The notes under the pieces were generated by a model. The model was not told the origin of the DNA and did no database searches. It saw only the letters and a program-made list of their open reading frames with translations. DNA of 64,000 nt. It comes from an uncultured Pseudomonadales bacterium. Lineage in GTDB: Bacteria; Patescibacteriota; Microgenomatia; UBA1400; PJMF01. Each line of letters starts with the position of its first letter. Position 1 is the stretch's first letter. This document shows positions 1 through 8,481 of the stretch, piece by piece. The position numbers and the translations under genes were made by a program. The stretch spans positions 74,291 to 138,290 of the forward strand of contig CAZKVV010000002.1 of assembly GCA_964556485.1 (NCBI GenBank), in the 5' to 3' direction.

Positions 1-829
1 TTCCTACTGCAGCAATGCGCAATAGGCCACGAAAATTAGTGAGATACTTTCGATAGGTAACCAACAGGACAATTGCCATGGTGATTCCATACGCAGCTAG
101 TGAACTTTTCGAAGCTCCTGCAAGTAGCAACCAAATGCCAATTAGATGCGAAAAATGCAGTAAAAACCTGGGCCAAACCTGCTTAACACGTAATGCTGTG
201 GCAAAAAGAATTGGCAAAACTAATACTAAATAGGCTGTGAGATCGTAATGTCCGGCGAAAGTACTTTGAATTCGTGCAAATTCAGACAAATACAGTGCTT
301 CACCTTTGCTGTATTCTCGATTCATTGTTGAATAGAGTGGCCAATGTAAGTATTTTTGACCAAAACCATACAGACTTGCGAGCAGAACCGTTACTGCAAG
401 CACAACCAAAAAAGTTTTGAGATCTTTTTTTGTTTTGACAGCTGAATGAGCAAAAAACAAAAGTGCAAAATACTCAAGATATCTGACATAGTGTAAAGCA
501 CTTTTTCCAATATGTAGTAGCTGAGCAGGGATAGTTTGTAAAAGCAGTACGCCTGCGGTTACAGAGACGAATCCTACAATTGCATAAAGTGCTACCGCAA
601 CGAGCAGTGATTTTTGTAAAGGTGCTTTTTTTCTTACTACCTGCATAAACCAGACAAAAGCAGTACTGAGTACTAAAAAGTCCTCCACTCTGACACGGAC
701 AATATAGCCCGGAAGTGCATCAAACAGTGGTAACTTGGGGAACAAAGGGATAAACGCAAATATAAAAGCCGTTAAAATCAGTAGAACATGTTCATCTAAC
801 CATTTAAGACTTTTCAACAACTTTGGCAT
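1..829 (-). CDS. O-antigen ligase/Wzy_C-like membrane protein (5' part; runs off the window edge)
   Basis: Not in the ORF track. Translated by hand from ATG 829: MPKLLKSLKWLDEHVLLILTAFIFAFIPLFPKLPLFDALPGYIVRVRVEDFLV...YSTMNREYSKGEALYLSEFARIQSTFAGHYDLTAYLVLVLP. Multi-TM, with an R-x-x-S-T-F-x-G-H loop resembling the ligase/Wzy_C family. Starts 8 nt after the flippase stop. Confidence 0.7.
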   Translation of the reverse strand, partial: MPKLLKSLKWLDEHVLLILTAFIFAFIPLFPKLPLFDALPGYIVRVRVEDFLVLSTAFVWFMQVVRKKAPLQKSLLVAVALYAIVGFVSVTAGVLLLQTIPAQLLHIGKSALHYVRYLEYFALLFFAHSAVKTKKDLKTFLVVLAVTVLLASLYGFGQKYLHWPLYSTMNREYSKGEALYLSEFARIQSTFAGHYDLTAYLVLVLPILFATALRVKQVWPRFLLHFSHLIGIWLLLAGASKSSLAAYGITMAIVLLVTYRKYLTNFRGLLRIAAVG

Positions 830-836
830 TATCACT

Positions 837-2090
837 CTATTGTACCTCAGGGCTGGCCTTCTGTGTTTTCCTAAAAAGATAGTAGAAAAGCACACTGCAG
901 GTAAAAAGTAGTATCGTTGTTTTGACGCCAACTCGAGTCCAGGCACTTGCAACACTGCCGTATTGTGGCACCAGTAATGCATTTGAGATAAGTGTTAGCA
1001 CTAACTGAATAATGCCACTAACTGAAAAATACCACTCAGCTTCTTTTAGTGAAAAAAAGAGTGCAACTATTGGAGTAGTAAAAAGTGTTATGAATGATGC
1101 AAGCAGCAAGATTGAGAGCAAAGGTGCAGCAGGTAAGTAATCGGCACCGATACTGTATAAAATGAGTGGTTTAGTTAAGAACAGTACAACTATTGCGGCA
1201 AGACTAATTGCGCCACATAACAAAAATGCCTTTTGACTATACTTAATAACGTCTTGCTTCTTTTGGTACCGTGCTACTCTTGGATTGAGTACAGTACTTA
1301 ATGAATAAGCTGAGAGTGAAAATAATAAGGCAATTCTACTGACGCCTCCAAATAGCCCCGTTTCGTACTCACTTCTAAATGATTGAATGAAAAGTACATC
1401 AATATTTTCTGTGATTCCTAGTGCTATAAAGCCAATTGCTGCATGTTTTGCCATGGCAAGCAGTGCAGATTTTTCTGTAGAGACAGTTTGTTTTGTGGGT
1501 TTATATTTTTGAAGATATGGAAGCAGCACAATGCCAGGAATAAAACTGTAGGTCAGAAAAGCGATGATGATATGGGTGGGCGCAATAAATGCCAGTGAGA
1601 GTGACAGCACCAGCTTTAAACTTGATTGTGTTACAGATGCAATCACAGAATGCGTAAACTTATGTAGTGACTGTAGCATTGCTTGCAAATGATCGTAGAG
1701 TGCAGTAATAACATTTCCGGCAAAGGCAATGTATAAAATTGCAGGTTGAGAAATGTTAAGTACCGTACTAAGCCAAGGAGCAAGCAACACGCCTATGCAG
1801 AGGATGCCTAGAGATACTGCAATTTTTGTGTTAACTGTGTACATGAAAAGCGCATGCTTTGTGCCAGTATTTGCTATTTTTGGAATGTACTTGAGCAGGG
1901 CCTGGGTGAAACCGAGGTCACTCATTTTATTAAGTAAAAGTGTGAGTGAAAAACCGACAGTGAAGAGTCCAAATTTTTCTGGTCCAAGAGATCGAGATAA
2001 AATAATGATTGCGACTGCAGAGATGCCATTAGCAAACATATTACCCGTAACGGTCAACAGTGATTGGAGTAGTCCACTATTTTTTTTCAT
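837..2090 (-). CDS. Wzx-type oligosaccharide flippase (MOP superfamily)
   Basis: 417 aa, about 12 TM; N-terminal 'LSRSLGPEKFGLF...DLGFTQAL' and second-half 'IDVLFI...ETGLF' repeats typical of Wzx. Confidence 0.85.
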   Translation of the reverse strand: MKKNSGLLQSLLTVTGNMFANGISAVAIIILSRSLGPEKFGLFTVGFSLTLLLNKMSDLGFTQALLKYIPKIANTGTKHALFMYTVNTKIAVSLGILCIGVLLAPWLSTVLNISQPAILYIAFAGNVITALYDHLQAMLQSLHKFTHSVIASVTQSSLKLVLSLSLAFIAPTHIIIAFLTYSFIPGIVLLPYLQKYKPTKQTVSTEKSALLAMAKHAAIGFIALGITENIDVLFIQSFRSEYETGLFGGVSRIALLFSLSAYSLSTVLNPRVARYQKKQDVIKYSQKAFLLCGAISLAAIVVLFLTKPLILYSIGADYLPAAPLLSILLLASFITLFTTPIVALFFSLKEAEWYFSVSGIIQLVLTLISNALLVPQYGSVASAWTRVGVKTTILLFTCSVLFYYLFRKTQKASPEVQ

Positions 2091-3690
2091 GTAGTTGATA
2101 GATAGTACAGGTGGAAAAACATCCAGTGTGTACCTCTTCTAAATCAAACGTAGTTTTGATATTTTCAAAGACTGCTTTAAAACCAGAGGTTGCTGAAATG
2201 CCATACGTTGAAACAAAGACAGAAGATTCTTTGACTTTTTCTGCATACAATTCAAGTAATGGTTTTGATTCTGAAACACCCCAAACATTGTATCGAAAGT
2301 TGTGAAAGTCTTGCTCTGGATGCATGGGTAGTAGCTGGTATTTATTGCTGTAATAGTAGTCATGCAAAAATGGTGCAGCAAGCGTAATCAAATATGGTTT
2401 GGTATCAGTTTTTTCAAAATAGGTGTTTGCTTCAACTACTGAGAGTTGCCACCATGGAGTTTCGGCATACTTTAAGTTTAGTGACACCTGTGATTTAAGT
2501 CTTTGAAAGTTGAGTCCCAAATACATGGTAGTAAAAATCATGAGTGAGATAGCAGTTAGTACCATGGATTTTTTTAAAACAGTTTTGGAAACGAAACTGA
2601 GTAGAAAGCCAAACCCTAAGAGTAATATTGGTAAAAAGTGAAAAACATATCGGATATCAACAACATAAAAAGTTGATATAAAGAGTAACTGCACCAGCGC
2701 GGCTAAAAGTAGATATATCCGTAATAAGACGTGTTCTTTTTTCCACCCGAGCAAGTGACCTAACAGTGATGGCAGTGCTAAAAATGTAGGTAAAAGTGGG
2801 AGGGTGCTCCAAAGAAATTTTTCTGGTTTTCCAATAAGTGATGATGCATATCGAGCAAGATGGGAGCTGAGATATGTGATAGAAAAGTAGCCAGGGTTTT
2901 GTGTGGCATTCTCTGAAATAGCAACCTTGATGCTAGGTTTAAACAGTGACTGGGCAAAAAAGAGCACATTTTGTATATCAAATAACAAAAGTCCAAATCC
3001 AAAAAGTGGCAGGAGGAAAAATAAAACCGTACGGTATGAAGCATTTTTTCTGGTTCTATGATTTTTCCACAACTTATATGCATATATACAAAAGAACACA
3101 GCTGAAAGTGGGATATACGCATATTTAGCGGCATAAAAGGCCGGCACAACCATGCCAGCTATGAAGGCATTTTTTTTAGTGATTTTAGTCTGAATCAACA
3201 ATACACTCAGTAAAAACAGCGGAATGAGAATATTTTCTGCCATAGCCAAGGTTGGATACCAATAGGTGTAGTAATTGGTTGCGTATAAAAGTAGCAACAC
3301 TGCAACTATCAGATTTTTTTTCATTGCCTTTTTTGAGATGAGGTAAAACAAAAACATGCTCAAAGTTGAAAGAATGATATTAGTGAAATAAAAGCTTCTA
3401 GGATCTCTTAGAAGGGTAAAAATGGGCAACATACTTATTGAATAAAGTGGCCCTACTACAGACTCAATTCCTTGTAATTCTGGATTATGAAGCCGGCACA
3501 TTTTCCATCCGTCACCTTGCAAGAAGCAAAGTGGGGTTGTTACATAATAAAATGCATCTGGAAATGGTTCGAAATTGGGGATCAGAGTTCTGTTTGAGTA
3601 TGGGTTGCGCAGCAGTAATGCAAAAAGAATACACAGATTAATGAGCAATGGCCAATGACTTTGTAATAGTTTTTTAATCTTTTTTTGCAT
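2077..3690 (-). CDS. GT-C-type membrane glycosyltransferase (PMT_2/ArnT-like)
   Basis: 537 aa multi-TM; acidic first loop 'FEPFPDAFYY', 'LAMAENIL', late 'DIRYVFHFLP' motif; soluble C-terminal tail. Confidence 0.7.
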   Translation of the reverse strand: MQKKIKKLLQSHWPLLINLCILFALLLRNPYSNRTLIPNFEPFPDAFYYVTTPLCFLQGDGWKMCRLHNPELQGIESVVGPLYSISMLPIFTLLRDPRSFYFTNIILSTLSMFLFYLISKKAMKKNLIVAVLLLLYATNYYTYWYPTLAMAENILIPLFLLSVLLIQTKITKKNAFIAGMVVPAFYAAKYAYIPLSAVFFCIYAYKLWKNHRTRKNASYRTVLFFLLPLFGFGLLLFDIQNVLFFAQSLFKPSIKVAISENATQNPGYFSITYLSSHLARYASSLIGKPEKFLWSTLPLLPTFLALPSLLGHLLGWKKEHVLLRIYLLLAALVQLLFISTFYVVDIRYVFHFLPILLLGFGFLLSFVSKTVLKKSMVLTAISLMIFTTMYLGLNFQRLKSQVSLNLKYAETPWWQLSVVEANTYFEKTDTKPYLITLAAPFLHDYYYSNKYQLLPMHPEQDFHNFRYNVWGVSESKPLLELYAEKVKESSVFVSTYGISATSGFKAVFENIKTTFDLEEVHTGCFSTCTIYQLHEKK

Positions 3691-5228
3691 TATCTTTTGT
3701 TGAGTAATTCTGTAAAACGTTCTTTAAACTTTTCCCTGCTAAAATAGGTGCTTCTTTTTACTGTCTGCTTACTGTATTTCTGTAACAGTTCTGGATCATT
3801 AATAAGTGTAATCGTATGGGCAATAAGATCCTTGGGTGTTTCCCAACAAAATCCTGACTCTGGAGTAACAATTTCTTTTTGACCGCCTGCATTAATAACA
3901 ACTGGAACGCAGCCACTTGCCATTGCTTCAACAGTGGTAATGCCAAAGTGTTCAAACGCTACTGGATTACTCTCTTCTTCTTCACCAAGGCCTGTTGCAT
4001 GCCAATAAATTTTAGCCTCAGAGAATAATTCACGAAGTTGGTCAAATGACATTTTGTTATGAAACTGAACAGGATATCCTGCTGCTTCTTTTTGTACCAT
4101 ATTAAAATACTGGTGATGGTTTTCACCTTCTTCAACACTTCCAACAAAATGCAGCTCCCAGTTTTCTAATCCATACTTGCCAACCATTGTTTTAAAAATC
4201 TTGACTAACTCTAATTGTTTTTTTGAATGCCCGGTAATGAAAAATCTGCCCACATGCAGAATATAATTCTTTTTTTGTTTTGCACTGAAAAAATTCTCTG
4301 TATTTACTGGGGGATACAAGATGTCACTTTCTAGTGACCAATAGTTTTTAATCCATTTTTTGCAAAAATCTGAAATGGTCACAATTTTGTGATATGACTC
4401 TAAGTCTGAGGTTCGTGTAATGCCAGGACCTCCATGTAATCTCATTTCCCAGACAGGAAACGCTTTTTTAAAGAGATTGTAAAGAATGTAGCGAATGTTA
4501 GGAATGGTGAGTGAAGTGAGTGCAATTCTTTCCGAATACTCATTGTCAGGTAGCTTTACAGTCCATTTCTGTACTAATTTTGGGCATGAAAAGGTGTACA
4601 CCACGACATTAGAATTTTTATCTATTTGTCGAGTATAGTCGTGAACTTCTTCATCATCGAAATAGAAATGTATTGAATCAAGAACTGCTAAAGATAACGT
4701 TTCAAAAGATAATGTAATACTAAACTCTTTTACCCTTTGTTTGAAAACGATGCTTGATTCTTTCGAAAGCCATTTGTAAATTTTTCCTTTAATTTGTTGG
4801 TCGTAGGCAAAACCCTCGTATCTGGAAGGGTAAATAAATAGTCTTCGAAATGATGGAACGAAAAGAGCACGTTTTAAGTATTCATAGACACTTAGTTTTA
4901 AAATACCAGGAAAAAAGACTGAAAGTACGCCAAATTTTGATCGATTAGCAAAATAATCTAGATGAGAGGTGTTAATAAACACATCATATTTTTCTGAAAT
5001 GCCAGAAAGTGTTTGGCTCGAAGCTTCCATAAGGTATTCAATGGCGATATCTTCAAGAGAAATCCCCATTTTTGTTTCAGCTTCAACAACATCAACTTTT
5101 TTATGGGTTAACAAGGTAACAGTGTACCCAAGATCCTTTAAGGTTTGAGCATAGGCAAATGCAACTTGTTCACCGCCACCTAAAGTTGAAAGCCATCGAT
5201 CATAGATTGCTGCAGTCTTTTTTTGCAT
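3690..5228 (-). CDS. GT4 glycosyltransferase (ALG11-like subgroup) with an internal inserted domain
   Basis: GGGE, VGRFF..HSKKQ, IYWHATG, EHFGITTVEAMASGCVPVV; about 150 aa longer than its paralogue at 48605-49681. Confidence 0.9.
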   Translation of the reverse strand: MQKKTAAIYDRWLSTLGGGEQVAFAYAQTLKDLGYTVTLLTHKKVDVVEAETKMGISLEDIAIEYLMEASSQTLSGISEKYDVFINTSHLDYFANRSKFGVLSVFFPGILKLSVYEYLKRALFVPSFRRLFIYPSRYEGFAYDQQIKGKIYKWLSKESSIVFKQRVKEFSITLSFETLSLAVLDSIHFYFDDEEVHDYTRQIDKNSNVVVYTFSCPKLVQKWTVKLPDNEYSERIALTSLTIPNIRYILYNLFKKAFPVWEMRLHGGPGITRTSDLESYHKIVTISDFCKKWIKNYWSLESDILYPPVNTENFFSAKQKKNYILHVGRFFITGHSKKQLELVKIFKTMVGKYGLENWELHFVGSVEEGENHHQYFNMVQKEAAGYPVQFHNKMSFDQLRELFSEAKIYWHATGLGEEEESNPVAFEHFGITTVEAMASGCVPVVINAGGQKEIVTPESGFCWETPKDLIAHTITLINDPELLQKYSKQTVKRSTYFSREKFKERFTELLNKR

Positions 5229-5234
5229 ACATTT

Positions 5235-6659
5235 TTAGTACATGAGTGTACTCATTTCTTTTTTGCTTCTTTTTTCGCTCTGCTCCAACACTTTGCTGGT
5301 TTTATATATTTGCACTGCATGCTTGTAGAGACCTTGAAGTGCAAGTTTTTTACTGTCAGCTTTGGTTGAGAAAATTTTATGGTAGGTACCATAGTACTTG
5401 ATTTTCTTAAGCATAAAAATAACAACAATATCTAAGCTAAATTTAAGCATTAATATGAAAAATTGAATAATAAATGCTTTCAAGCTAAAGTGAGTAAGTA
5501 AAATGAATAAATGATTTTTGATCAGCATTGCATGAAAAAAGACGCTGCTTTGCTTATTTGTAGTAGCTCTATGTTTATGATAGGCGATGGATTTTGGTGC
5601 AAATGCAATATCCCAACCCATTCGCCATGCTTTCAAACTAAGATCAACATCCTCATAGTACATAAAGTAAGCGGGGTCAAACAAACCGACTTGATTGATT
5701 ACCTCTCTTTTAATTAAACAACTTGCTCCGCACATCGAAAGTAACTTAGCTGGTTGACGATAGTAGTCACTATCATAGTCATAGAATTCAGAAACTTGTT
5801 TTTCTGTCCGTTTGATGATGCTGCCTCTATCTCTGCTATATCCATCCTTAAATACAATATTTCCAGCATTTTGTACAACATTTTTAAATTGATTCTGTAC
5901 TGTATCTCTGGCAATAGACAGATTGAATTGTTTTACTTCTCTTGAATGGATTTCATCCTCAAGTACTAATGTTTCTCCAATATAAAAGGATATAGGAGTA
6001 CTAGCATTCTGGGTATGTGGATGACCGTGTACAGAGATTGAGTATTTTTCTACTTTTTTATCTGCAAAAGGTAAGAGTACTTTTCCATTGCCATTGGTCC
6101 ATCTGCTTCTATAGTTCGATTCAACTGGTGGGTAAAATCCAGTTTGATACCAAACTAGTTTTGAGTTCTCTTCTTTTTGGCAATGAATATCTTCCACAAT
6201 CACTCCCAAAGGAGAAAAGTCATCGACATTATAAATATTTGATTTTAATTCCACTGGCGTTTTGATAGTGAGCTCAATAAAAGGTACATCAAAATACAGT
6301 TTTGAAGAGACTATGCCGATCGTTTCTGGTTCTGCTGCGGCCACTAGCTCTGTTAACCAGGTAGTCTCAACCCTAGTATCTGTATTGAGTAGCACAATGT
6401 ATTCACCTTTGGCATGAGCGAATGCAGCATTATTTCCGCCTGCGAACCCTTGATTCTCGGTGAGTTCAACAATGGTTACTGTTGGGAAATTAGTCGAAAC
6501 ATAAGTAACTGAGTCATCCTGCGAATCATTGTCGACAAGAATTACTTCGAATTTCTCTGGTGGATAATCTTGTAGAAAAACAGATTCAAGACAGGTCTTT
6601 AGTAGTTGTCTACCGTTGAAATTGACTAGAAGGATTGAAACAAAGGGTTTAGTAATCAT
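5235..6659 (-). CDS. GT2 glycosyltransferase (WbbL/rhamnosyltransferase-like) with an internal ~135-aa insertion
   Basis: VNFNG, LVDNDSQDDS, NQGFAGGNN, LLNTD, CGASCLI, FDPAYFMYYEDVDLS; extra segment between SSKLYF and VVQNAG. Confidence 0.9.
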   Translation of the reverse strand: MITKPFVSILLVNFNGRQLLKTCLESVFLQDYPPEKFEVILVDNDSQDDSVTYVSTNFPTVTIVELTENQGFAGGNNAAFAHAKGEYIVLLNTDTRVETTWLTELVAAAEPETIGIVSSKLYFDVPFIELTIKTPVELKSNIYNVDDFSPLGVIVEDIHCQKEENSKLVWYQTGFYPPVESNYRSRWTNGNGKVLLPFADKKVEKYSISVHGHPHTQNASTPISFYIGETLVLEDEIHSREVKQFNLSIARDTVQNQFKNVVQNAGNIVFKDGYSRDRGSIIKRTEKQVSEFYDYDSDYYRQPAKLLSMCGASCLIKREVINQVGLFDPAYFMYYEDVDLSLKAWRMGWDIAFAPKSIAYHKHRATTNKQSSVFFHAMLIKNHLFILLTHFSLKAFIIQFFILMLKFSLDIVVIFMLKKIKYYGTYHKIFSTKADSKKLALQGLYKHAVQIYKTSKVLEQSEKRSKKEMSTLMY

Positions 6660-6661
6660 AC

Positions 6662-8392
6662 TTAATTTAGGCTAACTACTATCGATTCTTTAGTATTAGA
6701 AAGAACTTTTAGATTAGGATATGACTGTAGCAGAGTGAGTGCAAATTCAACTTTTTCTTGAAACAATTCCTGTTTATTGAGTTTAAAGAGACTCACACCC
6801 CTTTGATTAATGAGCTTTTTAAAGGAAACTTCATCCATTTCATTCACAGCCTTTGTAAGTTCATGTTCAAACCTTAAGTAGTCATCTGGATCATAACCTG
6901 CATAGCCATTAATTAAATAGCACTTATGATGGATATTTGCTAACAATTGTGTTGTTCTATATGAAAGATTTGTTGCGACATTCACGTCCGCAGTATCTTG
7001 ACTAAGCGGATATTCCAGCAGCACTGTTTTTTGTTGCTGGCATATTTGTTCTATAGCCTGGTATGCAGAATTATAATATTCTTTCTTTTTCACCGTAGTA
7101 GTAAATGATACAACTTCGTAGCAGTATAATCCAAATAATAACCCAACAATCACATATTCATGTACTTTAGTTCTTTTAAGTATTTTGGTAAGTCCAATGC
7201 CGGCAAAATAAATGATTCCTAGATAAAATATGAGTGCCCATCTTCCAGTAGCTCTTATGGGTTCAAATAAAGGCACAGTTTTAAGAAAAATCACATATGG
7301 TAGCGGTAAGCTTGTGAAACTGCCATTGATTGTTAATTTTGGTCCTAGTGAAAACAGAAAGCCGACAATAATGGCAGAAAAAAATATGATTTTCAGGGTA
7401 GATTTTGGAAAGATGATCTGTAACTCATTTTTTGTTTGTTTAATCAACACTGCTCCAATGAGCACGAGTAATGTTAAGCTGATGCCAGTAGATCCCATTC
7501 TTTCACCGGATGAGTGTAAGTTATAGTTATTAATTTTTTGAAATAATTGAGTTTTAGAAAGTGCACTACTATATACATTATTAAATAAGTAATCGGTTGG
7601 CTGGGCAGCATATAAGACATATTCTCCATAAGATCTGGTAATACCATAAGCATTCTTGATTTTAAGATATGACGACAGTATCGGCCCAGATGTAATGGTA
7701 AAAACTACTGCCGACATAACTGTAAAAATGAACAACTGCTTTTTCCGTGTATTGTCTGCAGTTAGGAAACTGACAACACCCCATATAGCAATCATAGTTA
7801 ACAGAAATACAGCCAGATATACACTTGCCAAGAACTGAAGAGTAATGATTAATCCAAGAGCAATCCCCCATTTATAAGAAAGACTTTTTTTAAATAAAAT
7901 GCCTAGACCAAAGTACATAGGCCACATTGTTATCATTTGGAAATGACCTATCTGTAAAAACAGGAAAGGAAACGCACTTGTCACCATGCAAACAAACCAA
8001 AGGACCGTTTTTTTGGTAAAAATATTTTTCCACAGATAATAACTTGCAATATTATTAAGAAAAAGTGTTGTAAAAAAGGTCAAGTTAAAAACTAAAATTG
8101 GATTACTGCTAAAAAAACTAAACATCAAACCAATGATGCTCTGTGGAAGCAAGAGATCAGAAAATAACAAAGTATCTTTAAGTGGATAAAATGCGTTTGT
8201 CGAAAAGAAATCACTGAAGTTCAATGCTGCAAGCTTGCTGATGTTTTGGTACATGGTCCACACATAGTAAGGATAGTCATACCAATCAAGTAATCCTGTT
8301 GTGAGTTGTGCCAGAAGAGAACGAAAAATGGTTAATGTGAGAGCACAGGTAGAAAGTACTATTACAAAAAAAGTCTTTTTATCTTGCGACAT
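6662..8392 (-). CDS. GT-C-type membrane glycosyltransferase (YfhO-like)
   Basis: 576 aa multi-TM; DWYDYPYYVW, FYP...LLFSDLL, IRATGRW, C-terminal INGYAGYDP. Confidence 0.7.
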   Translation of the reverse strand: MSQDKKTFFVIVLSTCALTLTIFRSLLAQLTTGLLDWYDYPYYVWTMYQNISKLAALNFSDFFSTNAFYPLKDTLLFSDLLLPQSIIGLMFSFFSSNPILVFNLTFFTTLFLNNIASYYLWKNIFTKKTVLWFVCMVTSAFPFLFLQIGHFQMITMWPMYFGLGILFKKSLSYKWGIALGLIITLQFLASVYLAVFLLTMIAIWGVVSFLTADNTRKKQLFIFTVMSAVVFTITSGPILSSYLKIKNAYGITRSYGEYVLYAAQPTDYLFNNVYSSALSKTQLFQKINNYNLHSSGERMGSTGISLTLLVLIGAVLIKQTKNELQIIFPKSTLKIIFFSAIIVGFLFSLGPKLTINGSFTSLPLPYVIFLKTVPLFEPIRATGRWALIFYLGIIYFAGIGLTKILKRTKVHEYVIVGLLFGLYCYEVVSFTTTVKKKEYYNSAYQAIEQICQQQKTVLLEYPLSQDTADVNVATNLSYRTTQLLANIHHKCYLINGYAGYDPDDYLRFEHELTKAVNEMDEVSFKKLINQRGVSLFKLNKQELFQEKVEFALTLLQSYPNLKVLSNTKESIVVSLN

Positions 8393-8398
8393 GTGGGT

Positions 8399-8404
8399 AT
8401 TCTA
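8399..8404 (-). promoter_or_regulatory. Putative -10 box (TAGAAT), 6 nt before ATG 8392
   Basis: Minus strand reads TAGAAT-acccac-ATG; head of a divergent unit; no Shine-Dalgarno (SD) sequence. Confidence 0.6.
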
Positions 8405-8481
8405 TCTTGCTTTATCTATATCTTGGAAATACTATACTACAAAATCAGTTTGATGATGGGTTAGTAAAGATAGTTGTGATT

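Noticed and set aside
8407-8481. Longer N-termini given in the ORF track (8407, 11358, 18728, 28602, 41012, 61317)
   Set aside because: Most overlap neighbouring genes or promoter regions; downstream ATGs fit coupling, promoter spacing and domain starts better.
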